From positions 547,097 through 611,096 of the forward strand of contig JBAZKE010000001.1 of assembly GCA_041650915.1 (NCBI GenBank): a DNA stretch of 64,000 bases, given 5' to 3'. Below the pieces are notes generated by a model. It searched no databases. It was not told where the DNA came from and saw only the letters and a list, made by a program, of their open reading frames with translations. A program made the translations under genes and the position numbers. This stretch comes from Patescibacteria group bacterium (lineage in GTDB: Bacteria; Patescibacteriota; Patescibacteriia; UBA10025; JAHIVO01). The stretch's first letter is position 1, and each line of letters begins with the position of its first letter. This document shows positions 10,023 to 19,496 of the stretch, piece by piece.

Positions 10023-11537
10023 TCAAGTGCTGCGGGCCTTCTTAATTTGGGATTCATGTAAAAGAGTCGGATTCGCGATAGCGGCGAGCAATACGATTAA
10101 AAGTATGCCGAGCGGGTGGTTAAGGTACGGCGTCGTAGCGTGCGTCACGACAAGAGCAATGAGACAGAAAATAAAACCGGTTACTACAACCGAGTACGCC
10201 GGATGGCCATTTAAAGTGAGGGCAATTATGCTTTTTTTCAAGATACGGATCAGAAGCCACAAATACGCAAACAAACCCACAACGCCAATTTTTACGAGTA
10301 TATCGAGGTAACCCCATTCGAACGAGTAAGTTGTATACCATCCGCTATTGAGATCCTTTGTTCTTGGGTCGAGCGTTTGGTAACTGACAGTTTGGGCAAA
10401 TCCTGATCCGAAAATCGGATTTTCTAAATACTGATTAATGAGCGGGCGGAGCAGCTGAAATCTGCTCTTGGCAGCCGGTTCATCGGTCGTGATCCGTTTT
10501 TGGACGAGTGATACCGCGGATACTCCTCCCCTGCCTTCTCCTGGAAGGTGAACATTGACAATAGCGGTAATAATAAGGAAATCGAGCATAGTAACAAGGA
10601 GCATGAAGCCAGATATTTTTAACAGTTTTTTCAATCGAAGATTTCCTTTCCAAACCAGAAATGTAAAAAGTGTTGCTATCGTAACCGCGAGTGCAAGCCA
10701 AATACTGCGTGAAAAACTGATAATTATCGTAGTACTCGTGGCGATTGCTAGGAGCCATAGTGAAATATTTTCCAATGTATCGCGTTGTTGTCGAGGTATT
10801 TTAATAAGAATGATTATGGCAATTATGAGTGCAAAGAGCACCCATAAGTGACCCTGAAAAAAGATTCGATAATAAGCCGAAACGATGGGCGCAATTTCTC
10901 CAACACGGGTATCGCGCACCCATGTGTATACAAGCCGTATGAGGTTTTCATCAGTTTGGTGCGAGAAGTAAAAAAGCAGAAAAAAAGTTTTCAGGCAGAC
11001 GGCGGATACTGATGCGAACAGAATTTGCATGAGCTGTTTAATCTTGCTCCATGATGTAAGGACTGTTGGCCCAACGAGCATAAGCCCAAAGTATAGGTAT
11101 CCATTGATATCAAAAAAAACATTTTCTGCGCCGTTTCCCCTCAAAAAGCCAATAAAAGCGCCAAGCAGGAGTGTACCAAGAAATAAACAAAATGGAATAG
11201 TAATCCTGAGTGAAAAAAATTCAATCTTTTTATTTCTAATACTGTAAACTATCCAACCGATAAATACCGATACAAATATTGCAAGACGGATTGAAAATCG
11301 AAAATCGTACACGTCGTAAAAAAATAAATATCCAAAGGAGCCTATAAACAATTCAGTGCACGCGATCCAAAATCCGTACTCGATTTTCCAGATGCTGAGA
11401 AGGAGCACGACAATTGAAAAACAAATAAAAATAACAGTATTCAGCCATCCGTATATATGCCCGATAAACGAGAGGATTTCAGCAATAATGATGAGCCAAA
11501 ATGTTATCCGGTAGTATTTTGCAAAAAAGCTTTCCAT
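10023..11537 (-). CDS. O-antigen ligase/polymerase (Wzy/WaaL-like) membrane protein
   Basis: About 12 hydrophobic segments, SFSRSIW motif, a large loop with PIFGSGFA, and location in a GT/flippase cluster. Confidence 0.8.
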   Translation of the reverse strand: MESFFAKYYRITFWLIIIAEILSFIGHIYGWLNTVIFICFSIVVLLLSIWKIEYGFWIACTELFIGSFGYLFFYDVYDFRFSIRLAIFVSVFIGWIVYSIRNKKIEFFSLRITIPFCLFLGTLLLGAFIGFLRGNGAENVFFDINGYLYFGLMLVGPTVLTSWSKIKQLMQILFASVSAVCLKTFFLLFYFSHQTDENLIRLVYTWVRDTRVGEIAPIVSAYYRIFFQGHLWVLFALIIAIIILIKIPRQQRDTLENISLWLLAIATSTTIIISFSRSIWLALAVTIATLFTFLVWKGNLRLKKLLKISGFMLLVTMLDFLIITAIVNVHLPGEGRGGVSAVSLVQKRITTDEPAAKSRFQLLRPLINQYLENPIFGSGFAQTVSYQTLDPRTKDLNSGWYTTYSFEWGYLDILVKIGVVGLFAYLWLLIRILKKSIIALTLNGHPAYSVVVTGFIFCLIALVVTHATTPYLNHPLGILLIVLLAAIANPTLLHESQIKKARST

Positions 11538-11540
11538 ACG

Positions 11541-12488
11541 CTATTTTCTTACTCGGCCGATTACGTTCCAGTGCCAGTTGAAAAAATTTATGACCGGGAT
11601 TTTTTCAATCACATTATCGATACCGGTGAATCGATCCTGGAGTTTGCGGGACGGGAGTATTTTTTTACCGGTTAGCCTGCTCCGAAACCTCAGGTATGAA
11701 TCATACCATTCGAGACTGTATTTGACAGGCTTAATTTCTACGATCTCAATATTATATTTTGTAAAGAGGGTTATAAAATCCTTTTTACTGAAACCTTTTG
11801 TTTTATCATCAGCTACTGAGTCGACCCCTCTATTCCTTTTTTTTCTGACGTACTTTTTTATTGGTGAAAGTGCCCGATAAATTGTTTTATACGGCCAGCT
11901 GTTCGGTTCGACGCCGAGTACGATGTAACCGCCGTTTTTCACAATCCTGTTCATTTCTTTAATACCTGCATCGGGACTTTCGATATGGTGAAACGCTGCT
12001 GCCATGAGTACGCCATCGACAGTGCTGTCTCCGAAGGGAAGCATGTGGGCGGCAGCACGAATAAATTCAACATTTGAACTCACATTCATTTTTTGTGCGA
12101 GTGTACGTGCAAACTGTAAAGCTCTGAGCGAAATATCAGTCGCGATTATCTGCCTGTCGCTATCCGCCATTTCGAGAATGTCAGCGCGTGTGCCGCATCC
12201 GAGTTCCACAATAGTAGCTCCACTCGGAAGATCGCGGAGAGGTTTGCGGAAATGTTCGTGAAAATAACTCGAACGATCGTTGAGGGGGCGCTCGCCTTCT
12301 TGTTCATACGTATAGTCCCAAAATTTTTCCTCAGTGCCTACAAAGCTATCTTTTGTCTTTGGGAGTGCATTCAGTATCCCATCTTCAAAACGGTACTGAG
12401 TGCCGCACTGTTGGCATAGCAAATAATCAAGGTGATCGATCAATGATACCTTACATGTCGGACAAATTAAAATTTTTCGGTATGACAT
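11541..12488 (-). CDS. Class I SAM-dependent methyltransferase with N-terminal Trm112-like Zn ribbon
   Basis: CPTC...CQQC...FEDGI N-terminus, VELGCG motif I, LPFGDSTVD, AFHH. Confidence 0.85.
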   Translation of the reverse strand: MSYRKILICPTCKVSLIDHLDYLLCQQCGTQYRFEDGILNALPKTKDSFVGTEEKFWDYTYEQEGERPLNDRSSYFHEHFRKPLRDLPSGATIVELGCGTRADILEMADSDRQIIATDISLRALQFARTLAQKMNVSSNVEFIRAAAHMLPFGDSTVDGVLMAAAFHHIESPDAGIKEMNRIVKNGGYIVLGVEPNSWPYKTIYRALSPIKKYVRKKRNRGVDSVADDKTKGFSKKDFITLFTKYNIEIVEIKPVKYSLEWYDSYLRFRSRLTGKKILPSRKLQDRFTGIDNVIEKIPVINFFNWHWNVIGRVRK

Positions 12489-13357
12489 TATAAGTCCTTT
12501 CTTGATTTTTTAACTCTCAATAGCTGTACCACAATCGCAAGCAGCAGACTCAGCGGATATACTAACAGCAGTAGCAAGTATTCTTGAACTGAATGATGTT
12601 TAAAAAAATAATAGAGCATGCTTCGATTAAAAATCAGTTGTTTGGCAATTACGGTTTTTTTTGAAAAGCTCTTGCCTTTGTGGTGGATGACCGCTGTTGA
12701 TGCCGTATAGTAGGTTTTCCAGCCTTTTTTTATCGCACGTTTGCAAAAGTCAACTTCTTCATACCATATATAGAAGTGCTGATCGAGCAAGCCTACATCG
12801 TTAAGTGTTTTTCTGCGGATCATGAAGAAAGCGCCCATTACCTGATCGACATATCCCGATATATTATAATCCCAGTCATTATGGTAGTACCAGTGGATTG
12901 GTTTAAGGCGGGGAAAAAAATTGTGGAGCTTGAGCAGCATGATCATGTGTGACATAAATGTGGGAAACCGTCTGACTGAAGGTTGTAAACTTCCATCCGG
13001 ATTCACGAGCTTGCATCCGGCTATGCCGATGTCAGGCATGCGTTCCATTACCCGGAATGCCTTTTCGATGGAATTTTCGCGCAGTTCGGTATCGGGATTC
13101 ATGAGAAGAACATACGTACCTTTGGATTGTTTAATGGCCTGGTTGCAGGCTTGCGCAAATCCAATATTTTTTTGATTTTGAAGCAGAATCACTGTCGGAA
13201 AGTACTTCTTGACGGCTTCGGCAGAACCGTCGTCAGAAGCATTATCAACTACAAAAACCTCATACGTGAGGTTCTGTGTGTAATCAAGTATTGCCTGAAG
13301 GCAACGAGAGAGCTGGTCTTTTACCTTCCATGAAACAACGACGATAGATACATCCAT
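12488..13357 (-). CDS. Glycosyltransferase family 2
   Basis: MDVSIVVVSW, VVDNASDDGS, LMNPDT, YEEVDFC. Start could extend to 13411. Confidence 0.9.
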   Translation of the reverse strand: MDVSIVVVSWKVKDQLSRCLQAILDYTQNLTYEVFVVDNASDDGSAEAVKKYFPTVILLQNQKNIGFAQACNQAIKQSKGTYVLLMNPDTELRENSIEKAFRVMERMPDIGIAGCKLVNPDGSLQPSVRRFPTFMSHMIMLLKLHNFFPRLKPIHWYYHNDWDYNISGYVDQVMGAFFMIRRKTLNDVGLLDQHFYIWYEEVDFCKRAIKKGWKTYYTASTAVIHHKGKSFSKKTVIAKQLIFNRSMLYYFFKHHSVQEYLLLLLVYPLSLLLAIVVQLLRVKKSRKDL

Positions 13358-13407
13358 ATGGATGGATTCTACCCGATTTTCTGGTAGCATGCAATACGAT
13401 CCTCTAC

Positions 13408-14052
13408 TCAACTGAAGAGCTTCCTAAAGCCGAGTTTGAGGATTTTAGCGACGCTGAATTTAGATATTCCTGTTCCAGTAAGTGGCGCTTCAAAAAGACG
13501 CCCTGGATACCAAATGCCGTGCATGCCTCGGTCAAGCATACGTTTCCAAAGATCCCAATCTTGAAAACGGCTTATCTCTTCATCAAAACCCAGGAAAGCT
13601 TCACGGCGTATCATGGACATCGTGCTAATGTAGTTTTCTTTTCGGAGTCGTTCCGGATCGAAAGGAAATAAATCAAAGGTATGCGGTCCAAATTTAAAGC
13701 TCGAATAGCAATAAGAGGCATCCGGATTGGATTCGAGTGTTTCCACCATACGTTCAACCATATCCGTATGCAAGTGGACATCCGAATCACAAAATAAAAT
13801 GTAAATGCCTTTTGAAATTTTAAACCCAGCATTTCGTGCTGCTGGCGCACCTTTATTTTCTTGGTTGAGGATCGTCAGTTTTTTACTATGCCGCTCTAGA
13901 ATTGTATGAGTCGCATCAGTAGACCCATCATTGACTGCGATAATTTCAATATTGTTGTACGTTTGATAAAAAATATCGTTTAGCGTCGACTCGAGAGTAC
14001 GGTGGGCGTTGTAGCATGGTACGATGACACTGACGAGAGGCCAATTGCTCAT
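13408..14052 (-). CDS. Glycosyltransferase family 2 (GT-A)
   Basis: VSVIVPCYN, VNDGSTD, ARNAG, FCDSD, QDWDLW. Confidence 0.9.
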   Translation of the reverse strand: MSNWPLVSVIVPCYNAHRTLESTLNDIFYQTYNNIEIIAVNDGSTDATHTILERHSKKLTILNQENKGAPAARNAGFKISKGIYILFCDSDVHLHTDMVERMVETLESNPDASYCYSSFKFGPHTFDLFPFDPERLRKENYISTMSMIRREAFLGFDEEISRFQDWDLWKRMLDRGMHGIWYPGRLFEAPLTGTGISKFSVAKILKLGFRKLFS

Positions 14053-15191
14053 GCGAGTACCTTATTGAGTTTTTTCACTTCTCTTTCCCACACGTAGGTG
14101 TTTTGGGCATGTTCCTTGCCTTGGCGTCCGAGTTTATGGGCATACTCCTTATCAGAAAGGATTTTCAAAATTGCTTCCGACAGTTCATGCGGGTCCTCCG
14201 GATTAATAAGGAGACCGGTTTGACCATCCTTGATCGCATCTGACACGCCACCAGTTTTTCCTCCAATGACTGGCTTGCCGAATAAATTTGCTTCGAGGTA
14301 AACCATTCCAAACCCTTCGACATCGATGACTTCTCCGCTCGAGTTTTTTAAAGCGCGTGAGGGCATGACAAAAACGCTCGAGCATCGATAAAAATACGGA
14401 AGTTCTTCATCCGATACTCGGTCAAATATTTTTACATATTCGTTGAGATGATTCTTTTTTATGAGCTCTTCGAGTATAGTCCGGTATGGCCCGTCTCCGA
14501 CGATGACGTACAGGAGGTTTGGAATTTTTTTAATAATCGACGGAAGTATCTTGAGGACAATATCGTGGCCTTTACGTTGTACGAGGTTACCGACGGTCAA
14601 GATTATTTTCTTGCCGTAAAAATTATGTTTATGGACTATGTAATCTAAGTATTGCTGATCGACATACGTGTCAACGAGGCCTTCTGGGGAAGGAAATACC
14701 GTTATAGTACGCCGAGGGTCCGATCCGAGCGTAATCGCTCTTGCCTGGGTATGGCTGCTGTTTGTGATGACGGCACTTGCATTTGATAGAATTTTTTTTA
14801 TAAGATACATTTTTCTGAATGATCTCCTCATGATGACAAGATCTTGCCCGTAAACATACACAAGGTATGGGATTTTATATCTTTTTTTTAATATGAGTGC
14901 AACGGTACCGATTGGTAAAATTTGGCCGACGTGAATCATCTGGATGCCCTCTCGTTCGATAATTGCTTTCAATTTTCTAAACAAAAAAATCCAACGCGGC
15001 CATACAAAAACTGATTCGCTTAGAACGCGCCGCCTGTAAATTTTCCAATCTGCAAGAGGTTCAAATTTTGATGGTTCAGTCAATACAACGATTTTATCAG
15101 GCGGCAGTTGGCTGCATACGTTCCAAAGAAATTTGCTGACCCCTCCACGGAGTGGCGGAAAGTAAAGGGTCACGAGCAGTGATTTTTTCAT
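14049..15191 (-). CDS. Glycosyltransferase family 4 (PimB-like GT-B)
   Basis: FPPLRGGV, GNLVQRKG, EGFGMVYLEA. ATG at 15191 overlaps the flippase stop (ATGA). Confidence 0.9.
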   Translation of the reverse strand: MKKSLLVTLYFPPLRGGVSKFLWNVCSQLPPDKIVVLTEPSKFEPLADWKIYRRRVLSESVFVWPRWIFLFRKLKAIIEREGIQMIHVGQILPIGTVALILKKRYKIPYLVYVYGQDLVIMRRSFRKMYLIKKILSNASAVITNSSHTQARAITLGSDPRRTITVFPSPEGLVDTYVDQQYLDYIVHKHNFYGKKIILTVGNLVQRKGHDIVLKILPSIIKKIPNLLYVIVGDGPYRTILEELIKKNHLNEYVKIFDRVSDEELPYFYRCSSVFVMPSRALKNSSGEVIDVEGFGMVYLEANLFGKPVIGGKTGGVSDAIKDGQTGLLINPEDPHELSEAILKILSDKEYAHKLGRQGKEHAQNTYVWEREVKKLNKVLA

Positions 15192-16678
15192 ATAAATTTC
15201 TTTAGTAGTGCATTGTAGAGCATAATGAAATCCGACCGTGTGACTCCCTTGAAAGCATAAAGTGCCGCAAAATAAACAATAGCTCCGCATGGAATAGAGA
15301 TGAATATTGATGTGCTATCTTTTAGCAGGAGAAGCACGATAGCCATGATTGACCCAGCAAGAAGTGCTTTCAAGAAAGCTTTAATGATTTTTTTACCATT
15401 GTACGGATTAATTTTACCGACCCACCGAAGCCCAAGGAAGAAAAGGACAAGGCCGCTTATGAGTGCGGCAGTTGCAGCACCATTGAATGAAAAACCGCGA
15501 ACCGCAACAAAATAAATATTAAGCGTTACGTTAATAAAAACGGTAATGCCCATGTTAATTGTGTTGACAACTTGCTTGTTGCATGCATTTAAAAACGCTC
15601 CGACGGGAAAGTTTAAAAAAATTACGACAAGTCCGACGATGAGTATCCGTAGCGGAATAATGGATGTTACGTAAGCCTCACCGGATATTTTAATAATGAG
15701 TTGGTCGGCCAATATAAAAATTCCAATAGAAATCGGGACCGCAATGACGGACAGATAGTGCATCGAGCGTTCGAATGTTTTCGCAAGCTTTTCTTTGGAG
15801 GAAATAAAGAATGCGCTCATTGCAGGGAAAATACTGATTGCAAATGCAGATGGGATAAATTCAAGAGCGTAAGTCAACTTATGGGAAACTGCATACCAGC
15901 CGACCGCACCTTGGCCTTCGACTATAAGCAGCATAAACCTATCAGTATAAGTATATATTTTTACAAAAATTGCCGTAATTGCAAATGGGAGCGCGGTTTT
16001 TATAAATGTTTTTATTATTGACATGTCCCAGCCAAAAGCGACCCGAATTTTTAATTTTTTTCTCAGCATTACATAAGAAAAAATAAAATTAAAGATGCTC
16101 CCAATGACAACTGCTACAAATAGTGCCTGTAATCCCCAATCAAATTTTAAGGATGCAACACCGAATAGGATTGTTAAAACTTGAGTCCCGATCATGCCGA
16201 GAGCTTCAAATTTCATATTCTGATGGCCGCGGAAGACTGCAAAAAAAGTTAAAGTGAAGGTGTCAAGAGCGACGATGAGCGCATCGAGGTATAATATTGT
16301 TTTGATCAGCTGCTGATTTTCCTCAAAACTGGAGAAGTTAGTGAAGAGGCCCATCCCGAGAATGATGATAAATGCGAAAATTGCTTTAACTGAAAGTACA
16401 TTAGAAAGATAATCTTCTGTTTTTTCCGGTTTGCGGGCAATTTCTCTGACAAGCACGACACTCAGGCTAAAATCAATGAGTATAAGTAAAATTGGGATCA
16501 GTGATTTTGCCGGGTCATACAGTCCAAAATCAACTGGTCCAATGACTCGGGCGATGTAAATGAAGTACACAAAAGACATGACCTTCTGTAGTACATATGC
16601 TACGGTCAGGTAACTTGTGTTCTTTAAAATCCTCTCTTGAGAATGGTGGCTGTCATTTTGTTGAGAGGGAGAGCCCAT
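15188..16678 (-). CDS. Polysaccharide flippase (Wzx/MOP superfamily)
   Basis: About 14 TM segments; RILKNT N-terminus, YIARVIGPVDFGLY, TDRFML...AVGWYAVS. ATG at 16678 lies 4 nt after the rpsI stop. Confidence 0.88.
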   Translation of the reverse strand: MGSPSQQNDSHHSQERILKNTSYLTVAYVLQKVMSFVYFIYIARVIGPVDFGLYDPAKSLIPILLILIDFSLSVVLVREIARKPEKTEDYLSNVLSVKAIFAFIIILGMGLFTNFSSFEENQQLIKTILYLDALIVALDTFTLTFFAVFRGHQNMKFEALGMIGTQVLTILFGVASLKFDWGLQALFVAVVIGSIFNFIFSYVMLRKKLKIRVAFGWDMSIIKTFIKTALPFAITAIFVKIYTYTDRFMLLIVEGQGAVGWYAVSHKLTYALEFIPSAFAISIFPAMSAFFISSKEKLAKTFERSMHYLSVIAVPISIGIFILADQLIIKISGEAYVTSIIPLRILIVGLVVIFLNFPVGAFLNACNKQVVNTINMGITVFINVTLNIYFVAVRGFSFNGAATAALISGLVLFFLGLRWVGKINPYNGKKIIKAFLKALLAGSIMAIVLLLLKDSTSIFISIPCGAIVYFAALYAFKGVTRSDFIMLYNALLKKFI

Positions 16679-16682
16679 CGGT

Positions 16683-17270
16683 TTATCGTTTTTGCCACTG
16701 CGGTGCACGCCTTGCCTTCTTTAATCCGTATTTTTTCCTTTCAACGACTCGAGGGTCACGGGTTAAAAGTTTTTGCGCTTTGAGGATCGGGCGACTATTT
16801 TTATCAATCTGCAATAGTATCCTGCTGATTCCAAGCCGAATACTCTCTGCCTGACCTCTCGTTCCGCCACCAGAAACTTTTATCGTATAGCGACCTTCCG
16901 TAAGTTTTCCGGTGAGTTTAAGCGGCTCTTTAATAATATTTTGAAATTGAAAGTACGGAAAATACTCACCGATCGGTTTACCGTTTATGATAATATCTCC
17001 TTGGCCATCCTTAAAAAAACGAACACGTGCGACCGCCGATTTACGCCTTCCAACAGAAAATTTGTATCCAAATTTTTTTTGTTTTGGCTTCGGCTGGATT
17101 TCCGCTTCAATATTTTCAATCGGTTGGGCGGCCCTTTTTTGCGGAATCAGAATATTCTTTTTGACAGCCTTCTTTTTCTGCGTCTTCGGCTTAGTAGATG
17201 TTCTAGGTAATTTTTTTACCTTCGTACCTGGCTTTTTGGAAATTTTGACTGTAGCTGATTTTATAGGCAT
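16683..17270 (-). CDS. rpsI: 30S ribosomal protein S9 with Lys-rich N-terminal extension
   Basis: GRRKSAVARV, VSGGGTRGQAESIRLGI, LTRDPRVVERKKYGLKKARRAPQWQKR. Confidence 0.97.
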   Translation of the reverse strand: MPIKSATVKISKKPGTKVKKLPRTSTKPKTQKKKAVKKNILIPQKRAAQPIENIEAEIQPKPKQKKFGYKFSVGRRKSAVARVRFFKDGQGDIIINGKPIGEYFPYFQFQNIIKEPLKLTGKLTEGRYTIKVSGGGTRGQAESIRLGISRILLQIDKNSRPILKAQKLLTRDPRVVERKKYGLKKARRAPQWQKR

Positions 17271-17273
17271 ACA

Positions 17274-17654
17274 TTATTGAAATTTTATCTGCTTGAGCAA
17301 TTGCCTTTTATGCCTGTTAGTAGGCAGCATATTGTCAAGAACCTTCAAAAAAAGTTGTCGGGGATTTTTTTGGTAAAGTTCTCTCCAAGAAGTTTTTTTA
17401 AGCCCTCCCGGATAACCACTCGAATGGAAAAATACAGTAGAATCAAGTTTTTTATCAGAAATTCTTGCCTTTTCGAGATTTATAATTGTAACTTGGATAT
17501 TCTGTAATTGGTTGGGTTCATATGATGCTAAGTGTTTGCCTCGGATAAGGGTAACGACAGAAGTAGCCAGCCTTCCGTAAGGTTTGCCAGTCGCATCAAT
17601 TTCGTATTTTGCCAGTTTTCCACCAGCAGGATTTTTTTTGTTATTTGATTTCAT
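17274..17654 (-). CDS. rplM: 50S ribosomal protein L13 (short, divergent)
   Basis: IDATGKPYGRLAT...RGKH, HSSGYPGGLK, MLP; directly upstream of rpsI. Confidence 0.92.
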   Translation of the reverse strand: MKSNNKKNPAGGKLAKYEIDATGKPYGRLATSVVTLIRGKHLASYEPNQLQNIQVTIINLEKARISDKKLDSTVFFHSSGYPGGLKKTSWRELYQKNPRQLFLKVLDNMLPTNRHKRQLLKQIKFQ

Positions 17655-17659
17655 GGTGA

Positions 17660-18010
17660 TTAAACAAACGTTAGTTTTACTGTCGGAGCGCCGTCTCCTT
17701 TTCGATTCCCGAGTTTAATTAGCTTCACATAGCCGCCTTTGCGTTCCTTATATGCTGGTGCAATATCTTTAATAATTTTTGTTGCGAGCGTATTACTTCC
17801 TAATGCTGTAATAAGTTGGCGGCGGGTTGCCAGCGTATCGGTTTTTCCGAGCGTAATAAGTTTTTCAATTTTTGATTTGATTACTTTTGCTTTTGTCTCG
17901 GTCGTGATGATGCTTCGGTGTTCAAAAAAAGAATAACACAAATTTTTAATAAGAGCCTTTCTATGTGAAGTGCCTCGATCTAAAGTTTTAGTTGTTTTTC
18001 GATGTCTCAT
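17660..18010 (-). CDS. rplQ: 50S ribosomal protein L17
   Basis: MRHRK, IITTETKAK, ERKGGY, RKGDGAP. Confidence 0.96.
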   Translation of the reverse strand: MRHRKTTKTLDRGTSHRKALIKNLCYSFFEHRSIITTETKAKVIKSKIEKLITLGKTDTLATRRQLITALGSNTLATKIIKDIAPAYKERKGGYVKLIKLGNRKGDGAPTVKLTFV

Positions 18011-18024
18011 GTAAAAACACTAAG

Positions 18025-18840
18025 TTATTCTTTTTTGGCTTTTACTTTTCTCTTTTTCTTTTTTTCTGGTTCTTCATTGATGGTTTCTTGTTCGCCAGAT
18101 TCAGTTTTGTCTTTCTTTGCTTTTTGCGTCGCAGGCGTTTGTTCTGCCGGCTGAATGCCAAAATTTGTAATTGCTTGGAAATGGTCTACCAGTATTGTAC
18201 TGGCTTCTTTCAATGCTTCCTCGGGAGTTATTGTGCCGTCAGTCGTAATGCTCATGATGACGCGATCGTAGTTTGTCATTTGTCCGACGCGTACGTTTTC
18301 AATGTTGTAATTAACATTTTTAATCGGCGTAAAAATCGAATCGATCGCAATGGTACCCAGAGGAAGTTTGTCCGTATCCATGTTTTCAACCTGGACGTAT
18401 CCTCTGCCAGCTTTTATGGTAAGTTCCATTTCAATTTCAGAATCTTTATCAGTAAGCGTAGCGATTTCCGCATCAGGGTTCGAAACTTCCGCTTCACTAG
18501 TGAGCTTGATATCTTTTGCAATAACCTTTTTTTGACCTTTTACCTTAAGTGTGGCTGTCGTTTCATCAGTACCGTGCAATTTGAATCCAATTTTTTTCAA
18601 ATTGAGGATTATTTCTACGATGTCTTCTTTAACTCCTGGAACTGTTGAAAATTCATGTGTGATACCTTTTATGCGAAAAGCGGTAATTGCAGCACCCGAC
18701 AACGAAGAAAGCAGTACGCGCCTGAGCGCATTACCAAGCGTATTGCCGTATCCAGGATAGCACGGTTCTATAATAAGATCTGCTTGGTGCTTGTCGGTGC
18801 TGTTCACCTGGTATTTATCTGGTAGTGGAAACGTTTCCAT
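18025..18840 (-). CDS. rpoA: RNA polymerase alpha subunit (NTD only; alpha-CTD replaced by a charged tail)
   Basis: IEPCYPGYGNTLGNALRRVLLSSL, HEFSTVPGVKED, GRGYV, IDSIFTP, TDGTITPEEAL; lies between rpsD and rplQ. Confidence 0.96.
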   Translation of the reverse strand: METFPLPDKYQVNSTDKHQADLIIEPCYPGYGNTLGNALRRVLLSSLSGAAITAFRIKGITHEFSTVPGVKEDIVEIILNLKKIGFKLHGTDETTATLKVKGQKKVIAKDIKLTSEAEVSNPDAEIATLTDKDSEIEMELTIKAGRGYVQVENMDTDKLPLGTIAIDSIFTPIKNVNYNIENVRVGQMTNYDRVIMSITTDGTITPEEALKEASTILVDHFQAITNFGIQPAEQTPATQKAKKDKTESGEQETINEEPEKKKKRKVKAKKE

Positions 18841-18865
18841 ATCGATTAAAAACAGTTAGTTATTG

Positions 18866-19480
18866 TTATCGTGAATAAAATTCAATTATCATGGCAGTCT
18901 CAAACCCCTGGTTGAGCTCTTCTTTTGAAGGTGTACCGGTTATTTTGGCTTGAAGCTTGGAAATATCCTCAAACGTTAGCCACGATGGTAATTCCTTTAC
19001 TTTGATTGATTTTGAAATATCTCTAAAAAGAGGCTTAGTGATGCTCTTAGTTTTAATTTGCACAGAATCACCGGCACTAACGTGCAAAGAAGGAATTGTA
19101 TTTTTTCTTTGATTAACGAGTACGTGCCCATGGTTGACCATCTGCCGTGCGGCACTTCTTGTTTTAGCAATTTTTAATCTATACATTACATTATCGAGCC
19201 TCGTTTCAAGCAGCGTTACCAAATTCGCACCCGTATCTCCTTTCATCTGTTTTGCTTTATGGTAGTAGTTTCTGAATTGGCGCTCGAGTATCCCATAAAT
19301 TTTTCTCGCTTTTTGCTTTTCTCGGAGCTGCAGTCCGTATTCAGAGATTCTCTGCCTGCCTTTTGGCCCATGCATGCCAGGCCGATATGGCCGCTTGATA
19401 GCGGGACATTTAGGCGAGTCGCATAATCGCATGCCATATTGCCTGCAGAGTTTATGTTTTGGTTCTAAGTTTCTTCCCAT
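18866..19480 (-). CDS. rpsD: 30S ribosomal protein S4
   Basis: SEYGLQLREKQK, LETRLDN, ARQMVNHGHV, IIEFYSR. Start placed at ATG 19480 (MGRNLEP). Confidence 0.96.
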   Translation of the reverse strand: MGRNLEPKHKLCRQYGMRLCDSPKCPAIKRPYRPGMHGPKGRQRISEYGLQLREKQKARKIYGILERQFRNYYHKAKQMKGDTGANLVTLLETRLDNVMYRLKIAKTRSAARQMVNHGHVLVNQRKNTIPSLHVSAGDSVQIKTKSITKPLFRDISKSIKVKELPSWLTFEDISKLQAKITGTPSKEELNQGFETAMIIEFYSR

Positions 19481-19496
19481 AAAAGTATTTACTTCA

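Noticed and set aside
17992-18648. 218-aa plus-strand ORF, and the many other 60-170 aa antisense or alternate-frame ORFs (e.g. 926-1387, 19374-19865, 31658-32158, 53067-53588)
   Set aside because: They are shadows of well-conserved genes on the opposite strand or frame, with no recognisable motifs.
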